From Toensbergia leucococca (taxonomy: Eukaryota): a stretch of 64,000 nt of DNA. Under the pieces are notes generated by a model that saw nothing but the letters and a program-made list of their open reading frames with translations, made no database searches and was not told where the DNA came from. Position 1 is the stretch's first letter. Every line of letters begins with the position of its first letter. The stretch covers positions 1 through 64,000 of the forward strand of contig JALDZS010000079.1 of NCBI GenBank assembly GCA_022813965.1. Reading direction: 5' to 3'. This document shows positions 63,156-64,000 of this stretch, piece by piece. Position numbers and translations under genes: made by a program.

Positions 63156-64000
63156 TCACGACCCGTTTGCTGCTCTCCGGTCCAAGCCTCTTTTCCCCTG
63201 AACGATCCTAGTCCAGTCTTCCCACTCCTTAGCCATCTCCATCAAAACGTTACTCATCACCCCTGCGGATGCCATCAGTCCATGCCCTTCACCTTCTATC
63301 ACTCGTACTTCGCATCTTCTCATCGTCTTGCCCAGCCATTTCACATTCTCCACAGGAACTCTACTGTCTCTGCTGCCATGATGAATCACTACTGCTCTTG
63401 TAATATCAACGTATCTAAAGCCGATTGGCTGGCGCCGCTCAAGACATACTAGCAAATCAACCGCCGGGTTAGCATTTGTGGTAGCAAGCTCCCAAATACC
63501 ATGTGCGAGACGAGTGTCGTAGTCGGTCTGACGCTGTTTTCCGGCCAAGATCTGTTCGACGCCCTCGGGGCCTGCGGCCGGGTGTGCGTATATAGTTTCG
63601 CCGAACTCACGCTCCTGCATTTGGGGGAAGACTGTAGAATGTCGACGAGCACTGGAAGTCGTATGCTCAGGCGTCCCGCTATCTGTAGCATCCTGGGCAT
63701 CCCGATTCAGACTTTTGCGCTTGGAACGGCTTGGCGACTTTGGTAAGCTGGTAGTAATGCTGGCACTCGTGGTGCTTAAGAAGCTTGAGTTAGCGGCCTT
63801 GAGGAAAGGTGTAGGTAAAGATCTTAAGATACGTTGCGAATAAGGTAAGGCACTAATGGGAAGGGAGCCTTGACGACTACCGATAGCTGACATTTGGGAC
63901 GGTGGGATCCACGGCGCCAGGAGATGTATCCGGCCGCGGATAGATTGAGGTATGCGAAGTGCAGTAGCCAAAGCGTATATTGCTCCAGCAGAATGGGCCA
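63156..64000 (-). CDS. Alpha/beta-hydrolase fold protein, 3' part (5' end lies outside the window)
   Basis: AHSAGAIYALATALR nucleophile-elbow-like motif at the edge, IHLLAPWIP, IHHGSRDSRVP, EGEGHGLMA. Confidence 0.85.
   Translation of the reverse strand, partial: AHSAGAIYALATALRIPQSIRGRIHLLAPWIPPSQMSAIGSRQGSLPISALPYSQRILRSLPTPFLKAANSSFLSTTSASITTSLPKSPSRSKRKSLNRDAQDATDSGTPEHTTSSARRHSTVFPQMQEREFGETIYAHPAAGPEGVEQILAGKQRQTDYDTRLAHGIWELATTNANPAVDLLVCLERRQPIGFRYVDITRAVVIHHGSRDSRVPVENVKWLGKTMRRCEVRVIEGEGHGLMASAGVMSNVLMEMAKEWEDWTRIVQGKRGLDRRAANGS

Overview
Eukaryotic DNA from a filamentous ascomycete (Pezizomycotina-type genes with short GT-AG introns). It has three zones. (1) 1-1391 is an AT-rich, CpG-depleted transposon relic, followed by a CIA30-family gene. 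(2) About 2.6-17.0 kb has no intact gene. Short peptide motifs suggest it is an array of roughly 8-9 decayed, partly scrambled pieces of one fungal AlkB-like 2OG-Fe(II) dioxygenase family. Two of these pieces run directly into HhH-GPD DNA glycosylase fragments and a shared unidentified domain. This possible 'oxidise-and-excise' DNA-base module is the most unusual thing in the window. The family assignment rests on motif matches I recall from memory and needs a homology search. (3) 17.6-64 kb is a dense run of apparently intact genes: GH13 alpha-glucosidase, two MFS transporters, hmgA, mitochondrial ProRS, a secreted Cys/Thr-rich protein, an alpha-beta fused succinyl-CoA-ligase-like gene, BCAT, SCY1, an orphan, APS kinase, V-ATPase C, a thioesterase, Mak21, GcvT, an amino-acid permease, RPL9, a glutaredoxin and a partial alpha/beta-hydrolase. 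Two long fold-back/MITE elements lie among them. The succinyl-CoA-ligase-like gene has a presequence-like internal linker and a truncated ATP-grasp. Exon boundaries were read by eye and are approximate where stated.
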